Shown piece after piece: positions 20,514-31,104 of a stretch of DNA of 64,000 nt. The DNA comes from an uncultured Porifericola sp. (lineage in GTDB: Bacteria > Bacteroidota > Bacteroidia > Cytophagales > Cyclobacteriaceae): NCBI GenBank assembly GCA_964518125.1, contig CAZFFW010000001.1, forward strand, positions 39,704 to 103,703, read 5' to 3'. Each line of letters begins with the position of its first letter. The first letter of the stretch is position 1. The translations under genes and the position numbers were made by a program. The notes beneath the pieces are model-generated. The model did not search any database, had not been told where the DNA came from, and saw only the letters and a program-made list of their open reading frames with translations.

Positions 20514-21548
20514 ATGAATCAAATGATTGACTTAAGAAGTGATACAGTGACCCGGCCTACCGAGGACATGTTACAGGCGATGATGAAGGCCAAAGTAGGC
20601 GATGATGTGATGGGTGAAGATCCAACAGTACAGGCACTGGAGGAGAAATCCGCCAGGATATTTGGGATGGAGGCTGGTTTATTTTGCCCTTCCGGAACCA
20701 TGACCAACCAGATAGCCATCCGTATCCTGACCCAGCCGCAGCAGGAAGTGGTGTGCGACAAACGTTCACACATCTACAACTACGAAGGAGGAGGGATCGC
20801 CTACAATTCTTTTTGTTCGGTAAAGTTAGTGGATGGCCCCAGAGGTATACTCAGCCCCAAGCACATCACTCCAGCCATCAATGCTGACGATATTCATTTA
20901 CCTGAAACCGGACTAATCTCGCTGGAAAATACTGTCAATAAAGGTGGAGGCTCATTTTATAAGCTTGAACAGCTACAGGCAATACGGCAATTGTGTAATC
21001 AGCACCACTTGCCGCTACACCTGGATGGCGCCCGGGTGTTCAACGCGCTCTGCGCCAGCGGAGAATCTGCAAAAGAGTACGGGAAAATTTTTGACACCAT
21101 CTCGGTATGTTTATCCAAAGGATTAGGCACGCCGGTAGGGTCGGTACTGCTAGGCAGTAAATCTCTGATCAGGAAAGCGCTTCGCGTTCGGAAAGTGCTG
21201 GGTGGTGGTATGCGGCAGGCTGGTTACCTGGCTGCTGCGGGTATCTATGCATTAGATCATCATGTAGAAAGGCTGAAGGAAGATCATGAGCGGGCCAGAA
21301 CTATTGCTGAGGCACTAGAAGGTAAAAGCTATGTAAAAGAGGTTCTGCCGGTAGACACCAATATCATCATTTTTTCGCTTAAGCAAATTGAAACCTCCGA
21401 TTTTCTGCAAAAGCTGAAAGATGAACAAATACTGGCTATTCCATTTGGGCCAAATGAGGTACGTATGGTGACCCATCTTGATTTTAATGATGATATGTTA
21501 CATAAAGTGGTGGAAGTACTGAAAAAAATGGACCGGCAGCTGGTCTAA
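20514..21548 (+). CDS. ltaE: low-specificity L-threonine aldolase
   Basis: MNQMIDLRSDTVTRPT... plus the PLP-lysine context (SVCLSKGLG). The start was moved to the in-frame ATG at 20514. The 46-aa upstream extension overlaps the sigma gene start and looks non-coding. Confidence 0.85.
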   Translation: MNQMIDLRSDTVTRPTEDMLQAMMKAKVGDDVMGEDPTVQALEEKSARIFGMEAGLFCPSGTMTNQIAIRILTQPQQEVVCDKRSHIYNYEGGGIAYNSFCSVKLVDGPRGILSPKHITPAINADDIHLPETGLISLENTVNKGGGSFYKLEQLQAIRQLCNQHHLPLHLDGARVFNALCASGESAKEYGKIFDTISVCLSKGLGTPVGSVLLGSKSLIRKALRVRKVLGGGMRQAGYLAAAGIYALDHHVERLKEDHERARTIAEALEGKSYVKEVLPVDTNIIIFSLKQIETSDFLQKLKDEQILAIPFGPNEVRMVTHLDFNDDMLHKVVEVLKKMDRQLV

Positions 21549-21644
21549 GAGCCTGCTGCCGGTCACACATCCTCCAATAAAATTTACCCTGTCCTTAACT
21601 GACACAGGACTTTTATGGAAGGTTGGAATGGCTGCAGAATTATT

Positions 21645-23225
21645 TCAGTAAATATCCCAGTTACCATCCAGGTAGTAGCGGTAGAGTACCGGCTCATGGA
21701 TGGTATTGATCTGGATGGAATCATTTCCCGGCAAAAAAAAGTCTTTGCCAAATGATGTAATCATGAGCATGGCTTCCTGGTTGAGCCACTTGGTATCTAC
21801 ATGCTCAAATTGCAAACTTTGTAGCCTGTCTTTCAGGGCTATGCTTGTATCAGATTTTACCCCTAATATCCATCCCCACTCTCCCATTGTAATCACCTGG
21901 TTATGTAATGCCTGCGTCTGAAATCCGGCCGCTGACATCGTCTGTTCAATACAGCGAAAGGCCTTCGTAGCAAAATAAGGACTGCCTGCCTGCGTAATGA
22001 TAATACCCTCAGGGCGCATCTGTCGGGACGCCAACTTGTAAAACTCCATGGAATACAATCTCCCAAGTTCTACAGATTTTGGATCAGGCAAATCAATAAT
22101 CACAACATCATAGAACTGACGGGTATTTTCCAGAAAATGGAAAGCATCTTCATTAACTATTTGAACCTTTTCATTTTGAAGTGCACCCTTATTCATCTCC
22201 TGCAGTACAGGGTGGTTCATACCCAGTTCGGTCATAGCAGGATCAAGGTCTACCAAGGTAATATTCTCAACTGAAGGGTATTGTAGGATTTCCCTGACGG
22301 CACATCCGTCACCTCCCCCCAGTACCAGTACATCTTTTACCCGAGGATGCAGGCTCATCGCCGGATGCACGAGAGGCTCATGGTACATCTCTTCGTCCAG
22401 TGAGCTTAGTTGCTGATTACCATTGATATACAGCCAGTAATCGTCTTTCCATTGGGTAATGACGATTTTCTGGTAACGGCTTTGCTGTTCAAAAATCACC
22501 TTGTCCTTATAGCGCCTTTGTTCACCATGAAAAATAATCGGTTTGGCCAGTAACAGTCCAGAAACAAGCACCACTGACACTATTCCGGATAGCATGATCA
22601 GTCTTTTTTTGGCTGAATCTGCAATGGATGACCACAAAACACTCAGTAGTAGTAATGCAACCAGAAAGTTGGTAATCCCAAGCACAAAAGGGGTATAGGT
22701 TAGTCCCAGGTACGGCAAGCCTATGAACGCAAAAAATACGCCTCCCAGCAGGCTACCGTAATAATCTTTTTCCATCACTGAGGACACATTGACTTTAAGC
22801 TCCTCAAATTCATGGTTTAATCGGATCACTAATGGTATTTCCAGACCAATGAGCAGGCCGATACTGATACTAAATGTATAAATGATCAGCCCGGTATACA
22901 TGGTATAAGCAGCTGCGGTGTAGGCTACCAATGCGGCAAAAGCAGAGAGTATGGAAAGTGTGAATTCTACATAAATGAACTTATGCAGCAGGTTATGCTC
23001 AAAAACTTTGCTGACCCGGCTTCCCAATCCCATAGAAAACAGCATAATGGACACTATCATCGTCCACTGAAATACCGAATCTCCGAGAAAATAGGTAGCA
23101 AGGGTGGAAAGAACATATTCGGCTACGATACCTGAAAGGCCGGTAGCAAAAAGGGCTATTTTTAGTACGTTAGACCTAAATTGATTGGTAATATTAGTAC
23201 CTGGATTCCCGCTGACTACAGACAT
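21645..23225 (-). CDS. membrane-fused spermidine synthase-like polyamine aminopropyltransferase
   Basis: 526 aa. A ~200-aa polytopic N-terminal domain is followed by a spermidine-synthase fold (VLVLGGGDGCAVRE, VVIIDLPDP). Confidence 0.8.
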   Translation of the reverse strand: MSVVSGNPGTNITNQFRSNVLKIALFATGLSGIVAEYVLSTLATYFLGDSVFQWTMIVSIMLFSMGLGSRVSKVFEHNLLHKFIYVEFTLSILSAFAALVAYTAAAYTMYTGLIIYTFSISIGLLIGLEIPLVIRLNHEFEELKVNVSSVMEKDYYGSLLGGVFFAFIGLPYLGLTYTPFVLGITNFLVALLLLSVLWSSIADSAKKRLIMLSGIVSVVLVSGLLLAKPIIFHGEQRRYKDKVIFEQQSRYQKIVITQWKDDYWLYINGNQQLSSLDEEMYHEPLVHPAMSLHPRVKDVLVLGGGDGCAVREILQYPSVENITLVDLDPAMTELGMNHPVLQEMNKGALQNEKVQIVNEDAFHFLENTRQFYDVVIIDLPDPKSVELGRLYSMEFYKLASRQMRPEGIIITQAGSPYFATKAFRCIEQTMSAAGFQTQALHNQVITMGEWGWILGVKSDTSIALKDRLQSLQFEHVDTKWLNQEAMLMITSFGKDFFLPGNDSIQINTIHEPVLYRYYLDGNWDIY

Positions 23226-24064
23226 AATGTTATTAACACAGAACCACCAATATATGCAAAGGCTTCAATAAGACCTGCACCTACATTAGGCTTTTCCTGG
23301 TTAATTAGTTCATCCGTGAGATTGCGTCCGGGCAACAAGATTTTATCAGTCAGCAACCTGGCAAGTGGCAGGAATAAAAGCCCGATAGCCACATCTATCC
23401 CTACATTGATGAGTGACTCCTGGTAAGAAACAAAATCTATCATTAGCCCAAAGCGTATCAGGTTACCGATCGCTACAATAGCCCCGGCAAAGCCCAGTCC
23501 CACGGCTACATTGTCCCTTTCAATCTGGTCATGTACATCAAAAGGAGTAACCCAGCTATAAAAAATTGAGGTTACCAACAAAAGAATCTGGCCAATAAGC
23601 CAGAAAACCAGGGCAGTCAGCACGCCCCCACCTTCACCGGATACCGAGCCTAAAATAATCAGGCCGGTAGCTATGGCATTGGCACCTTCAATTACGCCTG
23701 TTCCGACGTTTTGATCATCAATGATTTCTTTATAGACGCTAAAATTGCGAAGTATCAGTTTATCATTGATAATGATAGAAATATTCAGCAATAGTATAGC
23801 CAGAAGCCCGTAAACACCTATTGCCAGCATATCTTCCCAGATACCATAGCTGGGGCCTATTACTGCACTACTGATTGCCAACAATAAACCTATGAAGTAG
23901 CCAACATGGGCTACAGCAAAAGCAAAGTTATCTTTCTCTACCAGTTCCTTCCCGACCTTGATCTTTTGCTGAAAAAGCTTGTAGGCAAATTTCCCTATGA
24001 TAAACAAAACAAAGCATTCAGCAAGGTATATAAGCGCAGTAAGAGCAGCATCTAAGGTCATCAT
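23216..24064 (-). CDS. polytopic membrane protein with four DUF350-like repeats
   Basis: 282 aa. A repeated (D/N)N-x-(A/G)...G...(L/I) pattern occurs four times (DNFAFAVAHVGYFIG, QNVGTGVIEGANAIATG, DNVAVGLGFAGAIVAIG, PNVGAGLIEAFAYIGG). It overlaps the downstream gene by 10 nt. Confidence 0.6.
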   Translation of the reverse strand: MMTLDAALTALIYLAECFVLFIIGKFAYKLFQQKIKVGKELVEKDNFAFAVAHVGYFIGLLLAISSAVIGPSYGIWEDMLAIGVYGLLAILLLNISIIINDKLILRNFSVYKEIIDDQNVGTGVIEGANAIATGLIILGSVSGEGGGVLTALVFWLIGQILLLVTSIFYSWVTPFDVHDQIERDNVAVGLGFAGAIVAIGNLIRFGLMIDFVSYQESLINVGIDVAIGLLFLPLARLLTDKILLPGRNLTDELINQEKPNVGAGLIEAFAYIGGSVLITLCL

Positions 24065-24094
24065 AATTCGTAAAGCAGGGTTAGTTGATGGATT

Positions 24095-24826
24095 TTATTT
24101 ACCGAATCCGCCCCCTCGGGAACGCATACTTGAAGAACTATTGTAGCGGGTGCCAGATCTTGAAGTTCTGTTGCCGGAGCGGAATGCACTACTGCTACTG
24201 CGGGTAGACCTCCAACTGGTATTTGGTTTTGCGGCGGTGGTGTAGGCACTTCCTGTACCATAGGCCCTTCTGCCATTGGAAACTACCGGCCCGTAATAAG
24301 GCCTTCCACTACGGTAATTGTTGCGATACTCATCATAGTAAGATCTGCGAATAGGAAAGGTAGCCAGGTTGAGCATACTGCTGAGAAAGGCATATTGACC
24401 GTAGAATGCCCAGAAACTGTTTCCGTTAGCACCGGTCTGCCACTGGCCATAGCGGGAATTTCCTACATAATTAGAATAACCGGGTGGGCTTACGGTTTTT
24501 GACACTTCACCGCCCTCAGTTTTGGCGGCGATCTCCATGCCCATATTTTCTATGTGGGTATTGAAAAAATCTTTACTGACGTCGTACCAACCTGTAATCT
24601 CCTCCTTGGGTTCAGCATCCATGGACTCCTGTCGGATAATACGGTACTGATGCTGGTAATCCTTAAAAAAAGTACCTTCTTCCTGCATATCGTAGAGCAT
24701 GATAGAATAAACAGGAACTTCGGTCATATCCCGGATCATGACGTCAACCGGATTTTTCTCGAAGTCATTTCCTCCGCAAGAGGTCAGTATCAACAGAAAA
24801 AGGAGGATTATAGGTTTAGTATTCAT
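24095..24826 (-). CDS. lipoprotein with Ser/Arg/Gly-rich C-terminal tail
   Basis: Lipobox LILTSCGG follows an internal Met, which I took as the start. The tail reads RSSSSAFRSGNRTSRSGTRYNSSSSMRSRGGGFGK. It is the first gene of the three-gene operon. Confidence 0.5.
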   Translation of the reverse strand: MNTKPIILLFLLILTSCGGNDFEKNPVDVMIRDMTEVPVYSIMLYDMQEEGTFFKDYQHQYRIIRQESMDAEPKEEITGWYDVSKDFFNTHIENMGMEIAAKTEGGEVSKTVSPPGYSNYVGNSRYGQWQTGANGNSFWAFYGQYAFLSSMLNLATFPIRRSYYDEYRNNYRSGRPYYGPVVSNGRRAYGTGSAYTTAAKPNTSWRSTRSSSSAFRSGNRTSRSGTRYNSSSSMRSRGGGFGK

Positions 24827-24884
24827 GTCTTTGGGTTCTGTAATATCCACTAATTCCAGCAGAATTTTATAAAAAAAAGGCTAA

Positions 24885-24915
24885 ACAAAAAAATCGCATC
24901 TGTAAAGATGCGATT
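24885..24915 (-). terminator. rho-independent terminator of the cupin gene
   Basis: aatcgcatc-tgtaaa-gatgcgatt forms the hairpin. On the minus strand it is followed by a T-run. Confidence 0.7.
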
Positions 24916-24942
24916 CCTGATGTATTTAGATTACAGCAAAAG

Positions 24943-25839
24943 CTAGTGTACCAGGTGTTTATCGCTGTTTTTCTCAATTTTACGGATAATGGCGTTAGCA
25001 CGGCGATCCGCCATTTGTTGTTTTATTTCAAACCACCGCTTACCCAGTGCTTTGCGCATAGTCCAGTCGGTACCTTGTCTGAGCGTAATGTTCATCAAAC
25101 CTTTCACTCTCTTGGACATATGTGGGTTGAGCGAGCGAAGCGACATCCCAAAACCACCCTCAGTATATTCTATATAATGCCAATACTCTCCAGGCATAAA
25201 AAGGGTATCTCCGTGTTTTATTTCGCATTCAAAGCCTTTGACATACTGCAAGCCGGGATATCTCTCATAATCAGGCTTTACTACATTCACTCCGGTATGT
25301 ACATTCAGAGGGTAACGATAAAGCAACTTGGAATAATCAGGTGAGAAAAGTACTACCCGTCTTTTTCCCTGGAACTGTGTAAGGAAAACATTAGACATGT
25401 CAATATCCTGGTGCATACGCGCTACCGATCCCTGTCCACCAAAAAACATATAGGGGAAACCTTTCAGAAATTTAGTGTTGATGTCGGGAAACTCAAAGTC
25501 ATGCATCAAATCCGGGCAGTCGTTAAAAATGTTCCAGAGATGTATCCTCAGATCAGTGGGTGTACTGGCGATAAGGTCTAGATAATCGGCAAACTTCATC
25601 TTACGATGAGGCACCTTCATGGTCTTATCAAGATCCGACTCGCGGTTCTCAAAAACACCTACAGTCAGATCACCGGCTACTTTTTTGAAATAGCCAAAGT
25701 CCCATTCTTCGTAAGCTTTGGTTCCTTTGAGCAAACCCCTTAAAATCACAGGCTTCTGCGGAATAAGATATTTTTGCTCAAACTCACGAAGATTAATATC
25801 TTCCATTATATCAATAGGATGGTTGAAGTCTATAGCCAT
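24943..25839 (-). CDS. cupin-like / JmjC-domain protein (probable Fe(II)/2OG oxygenase)
   Basis: 298 aa. MHQDIDMSNV (HxD) plus a later WHYIEY histidine resemble the JmjC facial triad, giving a Cupin_8-like layout. Confidence 0.65.
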   Translation of the reverse strand: MAIDFNHPIDIMEDINLREFEQKYLIPQKPVILRGLLKGTKAYEEWDFGYFKKVAGDLTVGVFENRESDLDKTMKVPHRKMKFADYLDLIASTPTDLRIHLWNIFNDCPDLMHDFEFPDINTKFLKGFPYMFFGGQGSVARMHQDIDMSNVFLTQFQGKRRVVLFSPDYSKLLYRYPLNVHTGVNVVKPDYERYPGLQYVKGFECEIKHGDTLFMPGEYWHYIEYTEGGFGMSLRSLNPHMSKRVKGLMNITLRQGTDWTMRKALGKRWFEIKQQMADRRANAIIRKIEKNSDKHLVH

Positions 25840-26168
25840 ACGAATAATACTGATTTTTCAGTTATTAATTAATTACCTATACAAATCTAAAATAATTATG
25901 TAACTCTTACGCGAATTTGCCACTTTTGTCTAATATATTATTAACAAAAAAGGCTTTTTTTTATTAACTGTCCGGTTCCAACTACTCAAGATACAACGAT
26001 GTACCAAGCCAACTGTTGCCTGATGCTCCCCGGCAGCAGTAAAAATTGAACCTTACCAGCTGAATATCAATTCCTATGTACGATAAAACTGCAGTTTTGG
26101 GTATAAGTTTATCATAGTAGTGTCTCAACAAAAATTTCACTTGCTTAAAATGCGTTATTGAATAAGAC

Positions 26169-27668
26169 TTGCAGAGATGTCATTTTCAAAATTCTGATCT
26201 GATTTTGCACAAATTTATATTTATACACCTTTTTCTTAGTGTACTGCTTCTGGCAACGCAGACAGTCTTACATGCCCAGTCACTGGATTGGTCTGATAGC
26301 ACCTCTACCGTAAAGCCATCAGACTTCATGCATGAGGATGATGCTTTGGTAACCATTGATAAAATCTTCATAATTGGTAATCGTCGGACCAAAGAGAGAA
26401 TAATCCTCAGAGAGCTTGATATTGCAGAAGGTGTCACCTATCAGTACAAGGATCTTCTGGAAACGATCAGGCTGGACAGAAGAAAAGTGATGAACACCCA
26501 GCTGTTTCTGGATGTAAAACTGAGCCTGGTACACCTGGAAGAAGATCTGGTAGATGTCATCATCAGGGTAAGCGAGCGGTGGTATACTATTCCTTCTCCC
26601 TTCTTCAAACTTGCTGACCGTAACTTCAACGTATGGCTCACTAACCAGAACCGTAACTGGAACCGGGTGGAATATGGGCTCAGGTTTTTTCAGTACAATT
26701 TCAGAGGTTTAAACGAAAGGGTTTACTTCTTCGGACAGCTGGGATTTACACAGCAACTGGCTGTCCGATACCAGGTTCCTTATATAGATAAGGCACAAAA
26801 AAACGGGCTTGAGTTTGCCGTAAGCATCTCCGAAACCGCCAATACAAACTATATAACGGAAGGCCACCGCCTGATATTTACGGATTCTTTGAATGAATCC
26901 ACCTACTCACGGCGGGGGTGGGTAGGCTGGCGTTACCGACCATCTTTTTATAACAATCATTATATGGAGTTGCGCTACAATGAAGTAGCCATTTCCGACA
27001 CCATTGCTGCACTCAATCCCAATTATTTTCTGGATGGCGCTAATCAACAGCAATATTTTGAGCTCAGCTATAGCTTTGAAAATGACCACCGGGATTTTGT
27101 GGGCTATCCCCTTAAAGGCTACCGCTGGGGAGTGGAATTTTCTAAACTTGGTCTGGGCATTTTTGATGATCTGAATATGTTCAGGGTCAGAGGTGAAGCA
27201 GCAAAATATGCCAGCCTGGGCAAAGGCTTTTTTTATGCGGGCATAGGCCGGGGATACCTTAGCTCTACCGGGCTACAGCCTTATGTCAATCTGAGCGGGC
27301 TGGGTTTTAACCAGGTATGGATAAGAGGATACGAACTGGATGCCATTGAAGGGCAGGCATTTTTAATGCAGCAAAATACGCTAAGTAAGAGGTTATTCTC
27401 AGAGGAATTTGACATCAGCCGGTTTATGCCCATAGACCAATTTAATACCATACCACTAGCAGTGTATCTGAAAGCATACTTCGACCACGGATATCTCTGG
27501 AACGATATCCCTTATCTTACCAACCAGCCCCTGGCTAACCGCTATCTGTTTGGTTATGGACTAGGCGTGGATATTGTCTCATTTTATGATTTTGTTTTCC
27601 GCGTAGAGCACTCATGGAAGCACGACGGTAGCTCAGGAATATTCTTGCACTTCCGTAGTGCATTTTGA
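26169..27668 (+). CDS. BamA/TamA-family outer membrane protein (single POTRA + surface-antigen barrel)
   Basis: 499 aa with a signal ending LHAQS. A POTRA-like segment (IDKIFIIGNRRTKERIILRELDIAEG) precedes a C-terminal barrel ending FRSAF. Confidence 0.7.
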   Translation: MQRCHFQNSDLILHKFIFIHLFLSVLLLATQTVLHAQSLDWSDSTSTVKPSDFMHEDDALVTIDKIFIIGNRRTKERIILRELDIAEGVTYQYKDLLETIRLDRRKVMNTQLFLDVKLSLVHLEEDLVDVIIRVSERWYTIPSPFFKLADRNFNVWLTNQNRNWNRVEYGLRFFQYNFRGLNERVYFFGQLGFTQQLAVRYQVPYIDKAQKNGLEFAVSISETANTNYITEGHRLIFTDSLNESTYSRRGWVGWRYRPSFYNNHYMELRYNEVAISDTIAALNPNYFLDGANQQQYFELSYSFENDHRDFVGYPLKGYRWGVEFSKLGLGIFDDLNMFRVRGEAAKYASLGKGFFYAGIGRGYLSSTGLQPYVNLSGLGFNQVWIRGYELDAIEGQAFLMQQNTLSKRLFSEEFDISRFMPIDQFNTIPLAVYLKAYFDHGYLWNDIPYLTNQPLANRYLFGYGLGVDIVSFYDFVFRVEHSWKHDGSSGIFLHFRSAF

Positions 27669-27746
27669 GCAGCTTTTCTTAATATTGCCCCTTTTCATCA
27701 TCATTACTTTATCAAGTCAGTAAGACTTATCGCTAATCAATTCCAT

Positions 27747-29813
27747 ATGTCATCCAATAATTCCAAAAGATATACCGTCACAGCAGCTTTACCTTATGCA
27801 AATGGTCCCCTCCATCTTGGACACATTGCCGGTGCCTATCTACCTGCCGACATCTTCGTCAGGTATTTAAGGCTTAAAGGTGAGGACGTGCTATTTATTG
27901 GAGGCAGTGATGAACATGGTGTGGCGATTACCTTAAGGGCAAAAAAGGAAGGGATCAGTCCGCAACAGATCATTGATAAATACCATTACCTGAATAAGGA
28001 GAATTTTGAAAAGTTCGGGATATCCTTTGATATGTACCACCGCACCTCTGAGCCTATACATCATGAAACTTCTCAGGGCTTCTTCAGCAAATTATACGAT
28101 AAAGGCGAGTTTATTGAGAAGGTAAGCGAACAGTTTTATGACGAGGAATATGATCAGTTTCTGGCCGACCGTTATATTGTAGGCACCTGCCCGGTTTGTA
28201 AGTATGAAAATGCCTATGGCGACCAGTGTGAAAATTGTGGCTCATCATTAAATGCCACCGACTTGATCAATCCAAAATCAACCCTTAGTGGCAAAGCGCC
28301 TCTTCTAAAAGAAACCAAGCATTGGTATTTGCCCCTTGACAAATACCAGCCCTGGCTGGAGAAATGGCTGCTGGAAGGTAAAAAAGGTCAGTGGAAAACC
28401 AATGTGTATGGCCAGTGCAGTTCATGGCTGCAAGCCGGTCTGCAGCCCCGAGCCATGACCCGCGATCTTGACTGGGGAGTAGATGTACCCCTTCCCGGTA
28501 CTGAAGGAAAAAAACTGTACGTATGGCTGGATGCTCCCATAGGATACATTTCATCTACCAAGCAGTGGGCCCTGGATCACGGTAAAGACTGGGAGCTTTA
28601 CTGGAAGCAGCAGTCTGATCCCAAGGAAAACAGTACCCTGATCCATTTCATCGGAAAGGACAATATTGTATTTCACTGCATCATTTTCCCTTCCATCCTA
28701 CATGCTCACGGTGAGTACATTTTACCTGAAAATGTCCCGGCAAATGAATTTCTGAACCTGGAGGGTAAAAAAATCTCTACCAGCCGCAACTGGGCAGTGT
28801 GGTTGCACGAATACCTGGAGGATTTTCCTGGCAAGGAGGATGTTTTACGCTACGTACTCTGTACAATTCTGCCTGAAACCAAAGACAGCGAATTCACCTG
28901 GAAAGATTTTCAGTCAAAAAATAATAATGAACTGGTAGCCATACTCGGTAACTTCATTAACCGGACCCTGGTGCTTACCCAGAAATATTTTGGTGGAACG
29001 GTGCCTGAGCGTTACAGCATGAACGATACCGACCGTGAGGCTCTTTCCAGGTTATCCTCATTACCTGCAGAGATATCCACTGCTATTGAAAACTTCCGTT
29101 TCCGTGAAGCAATCAGCCTTTTGATGGATCTGGCGCGTGCAGGTAACAAATACCTGGCTGATACCGAACCCTGGAAAGTGATCAAGCAGGATGAGGAGCG
29201 GGTAAAGACAATACTTAACATCAGCCTGCAGATTTGTAGCAGTCTCTCAATACTTGGGCAGCCCTTTATGCCTACTATGGCTCAACGGCTGCGCGATATG
29301 TTAAATTTATCAACTACCGACTGGTCTCAGTCCTCCAGTGATCACATTCTACAGCCAGGCCATCAAATCAATCAACCCAGCCTGTTATTCGAAAAAATTG
29401 AAGATCAGGTCGTGGAGGCACAGGTTCAGAAGCTTGAAAATGCACTCAACGAGGCAGCAGACACAGCCAAACCCAGCCCGGCTAAGGATGAAATAGCTTT
29501 TCCTGATTTTGAGAAAATAGATATCCGCGTAGCCACAATTATGGAAGCGGAGAAAGTCAAAAAATCAAAGAAGTTGCTGAAGCTCAAACTGGATACCGGC
29601 CTTGATCAGCGTACTGTGCTCAGTGGTATCGCTGAGCATTACAAAGCTGAAGATATTATCGGGAAGCAGGTGTGTGTATTGGTAAACCTTGCTCCCCGCA
29701 AGATGATGGGTACTGAGTCCCAGGGAATGGTCCTGATGGCGGAAGATAGTAATGGAAAGCTGAGCTTTATCAATCCCGAAGACATGGTCAGGAACGGCAG
29801 TACCATCAGCTGA
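27747..29813 (+). CDS. metG: methionine--tRNA ligase
   Basis: 688 aa. HIGH-type motif (NGPLHLGH), CxxC knuckles, KISTS (KMSKS-type) and a C-terminal tRNA-binding domain. Confidence 0.95.
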   Translation: MSSNNSKRYTVTAALPYANGPLHLGHIAGAYLPADIFVRYLRLKGEDVLFIGGSDEHGVAITLRAKKEGISPQQIIDKYHYLNKENFEKFGISFDMYHRTSEPIHHETSQGFFSKLYDKGEFIEKVSEQFYDEEYDQFLADRYIVGTCPVCKYENAYGDQCENCGSSLNATDLINPKSTLSGKAPLLKETKHWYLPLDKYQPWLEKWLLEGKKGQWKTNVYGQCSSWLQAGLQPRAMTRDLDWGVDVPLPGTEGKKLYVWLDAPIGYISSTKQWALDHGKDWELYWKQQSDPKENSTLIHFIGKDNIVFHCIIFPSILHAHGEYILPENVPANEFLNLEGKKISTSRNWAVWLHEYLEDFPGKEDVLRYVLCTILPETKDSEFTWKDFQSKNNNELVAILGNFINRTLVLTQKYFGGTVPERYSMNDTDREALSRLSSLPAEISTAIENFRFREAISLLMDLARAGNKYLADTEPWKVIKQDEERVKTILNISLQICSSLSILGQPFMPTMAQRLRDMLNLSTTDWSQSSSDHILQPGHQINQPSLLFEKIEDQVVEAQVQKLENALNEAADTAKPSPAKDEIAFPDFEKIDIRVATIMEAEKVKKSKKLLKLKLDTGLDQRTVLSGIAEHYKAEDIIGKQVCVLVNLAPRKMMGTESQGMVLMAEDSNGKLSFINPEDMVRNGSTIS

Positions 29814-29822
29814 TCTTTGTAT

Positions 29823-30386
29823 TTATTCGTTGAATTGGCTCATGGTCCTTTCTATGCCTATGGTGCAGAAAGATAGAATCATCTCTCCTGCCCTGTCCAT
29901 ATGAGCGGGCAGGTCATCAAGTTCTTCCTGCGGAAATCTTCCCAGTACGTAATCTACCTGTCCACCTTTGGGAAAATCGTTTCCTACACCGAACCGCAAA
30001 CGGGGGTACTGATCACCTCCTACTACGCTCTCTATATCTTTCAGTCCGTTATGGCCTGCACTTGATCCTTTGGCCCGCATTCTCAGTTTCGCAAAGGGTA
30101 ATGCAATATCGTCGGTAATCACCAGGCATTGGGCTACCGGGATTTTAAGCTGCTGCAGCCAGTAGTTTACTGCTTTTCCACTACGGTTCATATAGGTAGT
30201 GGGCTTGATAAGATGGATTTGTCTTCCTTTAAATTTGATTTCCGCCAAATCAGCCAGCCTGCCCGGTTGAAAAGATGCTCCCTGCTGGTCTGCGAGGCGA
30301 TCCAGGGTCAGAAAGCCAATATTATGTCTGGTAAGTTCGTATTCAGGCCCCGGGTTTCCCAGGCCTGTTATCAAGTATTTCATCAT
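29823..30386 (-). CDS. pth: peptidyl-tRNA hydrolase
   Basis: 187 aa with LITGLGNPGPEYELTRHNIGF and GHNGLKDI. Confidence 0.95.
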   Translation of the reverse strand: MMKYLITGLGNPGPEYELTRHNIGFLTLDRLADQQGASFQPGRLADLAEIKFKGRQIHLIKPTTYMNRSGKAVNYWLQQLKIPVAQCLVITDDIALPFAKLRMRAKGSSAGHNGLKDIESVVGGDQYPRLRFGVGNDFPKGGQVDYVLGRFPQEELDDLPAHMDRAGEMILSFCTIGIERTMSQFNE

Positions 30387-30447
30387 GCTATTTTAAAAAA
30401 AAATCCTGTCCATTGCTGAACAGGATTTTGCTTTAATAAGTTGGGAA

Positions 30448-31080
30448 TTATTCTGCAGCTTCTTCGCCTTCAGTTCCTCCTTCAACTTCTTCAGTTTCTT
30501 CCCCTTCTTCAACATCATCAGCAGCCTTGCCTCTGAGTGCGCGAGGTACTTCAATTACTGCAATAGAAACGGCAGGGTTATCAAGGATTTCAAAATTCTT
30601 AGGTGTCACATTCCCTACCTTGATAGCTTTACCGAAATCAAGCTTGGAGACATTCACCTCAATGTGTTCAGGCATGTCTTTAGGAAGTGCTTTCAGCTTT
30701 AAAGCTCTTCTCTTGAACATGAGTGTACCACCTTTGGCCACACCGATGGCATTGCCAACCAGGTGGATAGGAATTTCCATTTTTACTGGCTTTTTCTCCT
30801 GTAGTTCAAGAAAATCAGCATGCAGTATTATTTCGTTTACAGGATGGAATTGAATATCCTGCAGGATACACCTTTTATGAACACCCTCTATATTCAGGTC
30901 AACCATATGTGCCTCAGGCGTATATACCAAAGGACGGAATAGTATCATAGGTACATAAAAATGAACCTGTTCTTCAGCTCCATATACAACGCATGGTACA
31001 TTACCTTCAGCACGGAGTCTCTTAGACTCCTTTTTACCGAGATTTGCTCTTTTAAACCCTATAATCTCTATAGTTTTCAT
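30448..31080 (-). CDS. rplY: 50S ribosomal protein L25 / general stress protein Ctc
   Basis: 210 aa. An L25/Ctc N-terminal fold pattern is followed by an acidic tail. It lies between pth and prs, as is usual. Confidence 0.9.
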   Translation of the reverse strand: MKTIEIIGFKRANLGKKESKRLRAEGNVPCVVYGAEEQVHFYVPMILFRPLVYTPEAHMVDLNIEGVHKRCILQDIQFHPVNEIILHADFLELQEKKPVKMEIPIHLVGNAIGVAKGGTLMFKRRALKLKALPKDMPEHIEVNVSKLDFGKAIKVGNVTPKNFEILDNPAVSIAVIEVPRALRGKAADDVEEGEETEEVEGGTEGEEAAE

Positions 31081-31104
31081 AATAATTAAATATAATTGGT
31101 GAAG

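Noticed and set aside
21530-21565. 9-bp inverted repeat GACCGGCAG...CTGCCGGTC at the end of ltaE as a terminator
   Set aside because: It is not followed by a T-run and its 5' arm lies inside the coding sequence. It may still form a hairpin, but it is not a clear intrinsic terminator.
24061-24276. 71-aa minus-strand ORF
   Set aside because: It lies in an alternative frame within the 3' part of the lipoprotein gene, and its Pro/Val-rich sequence has no independent support.
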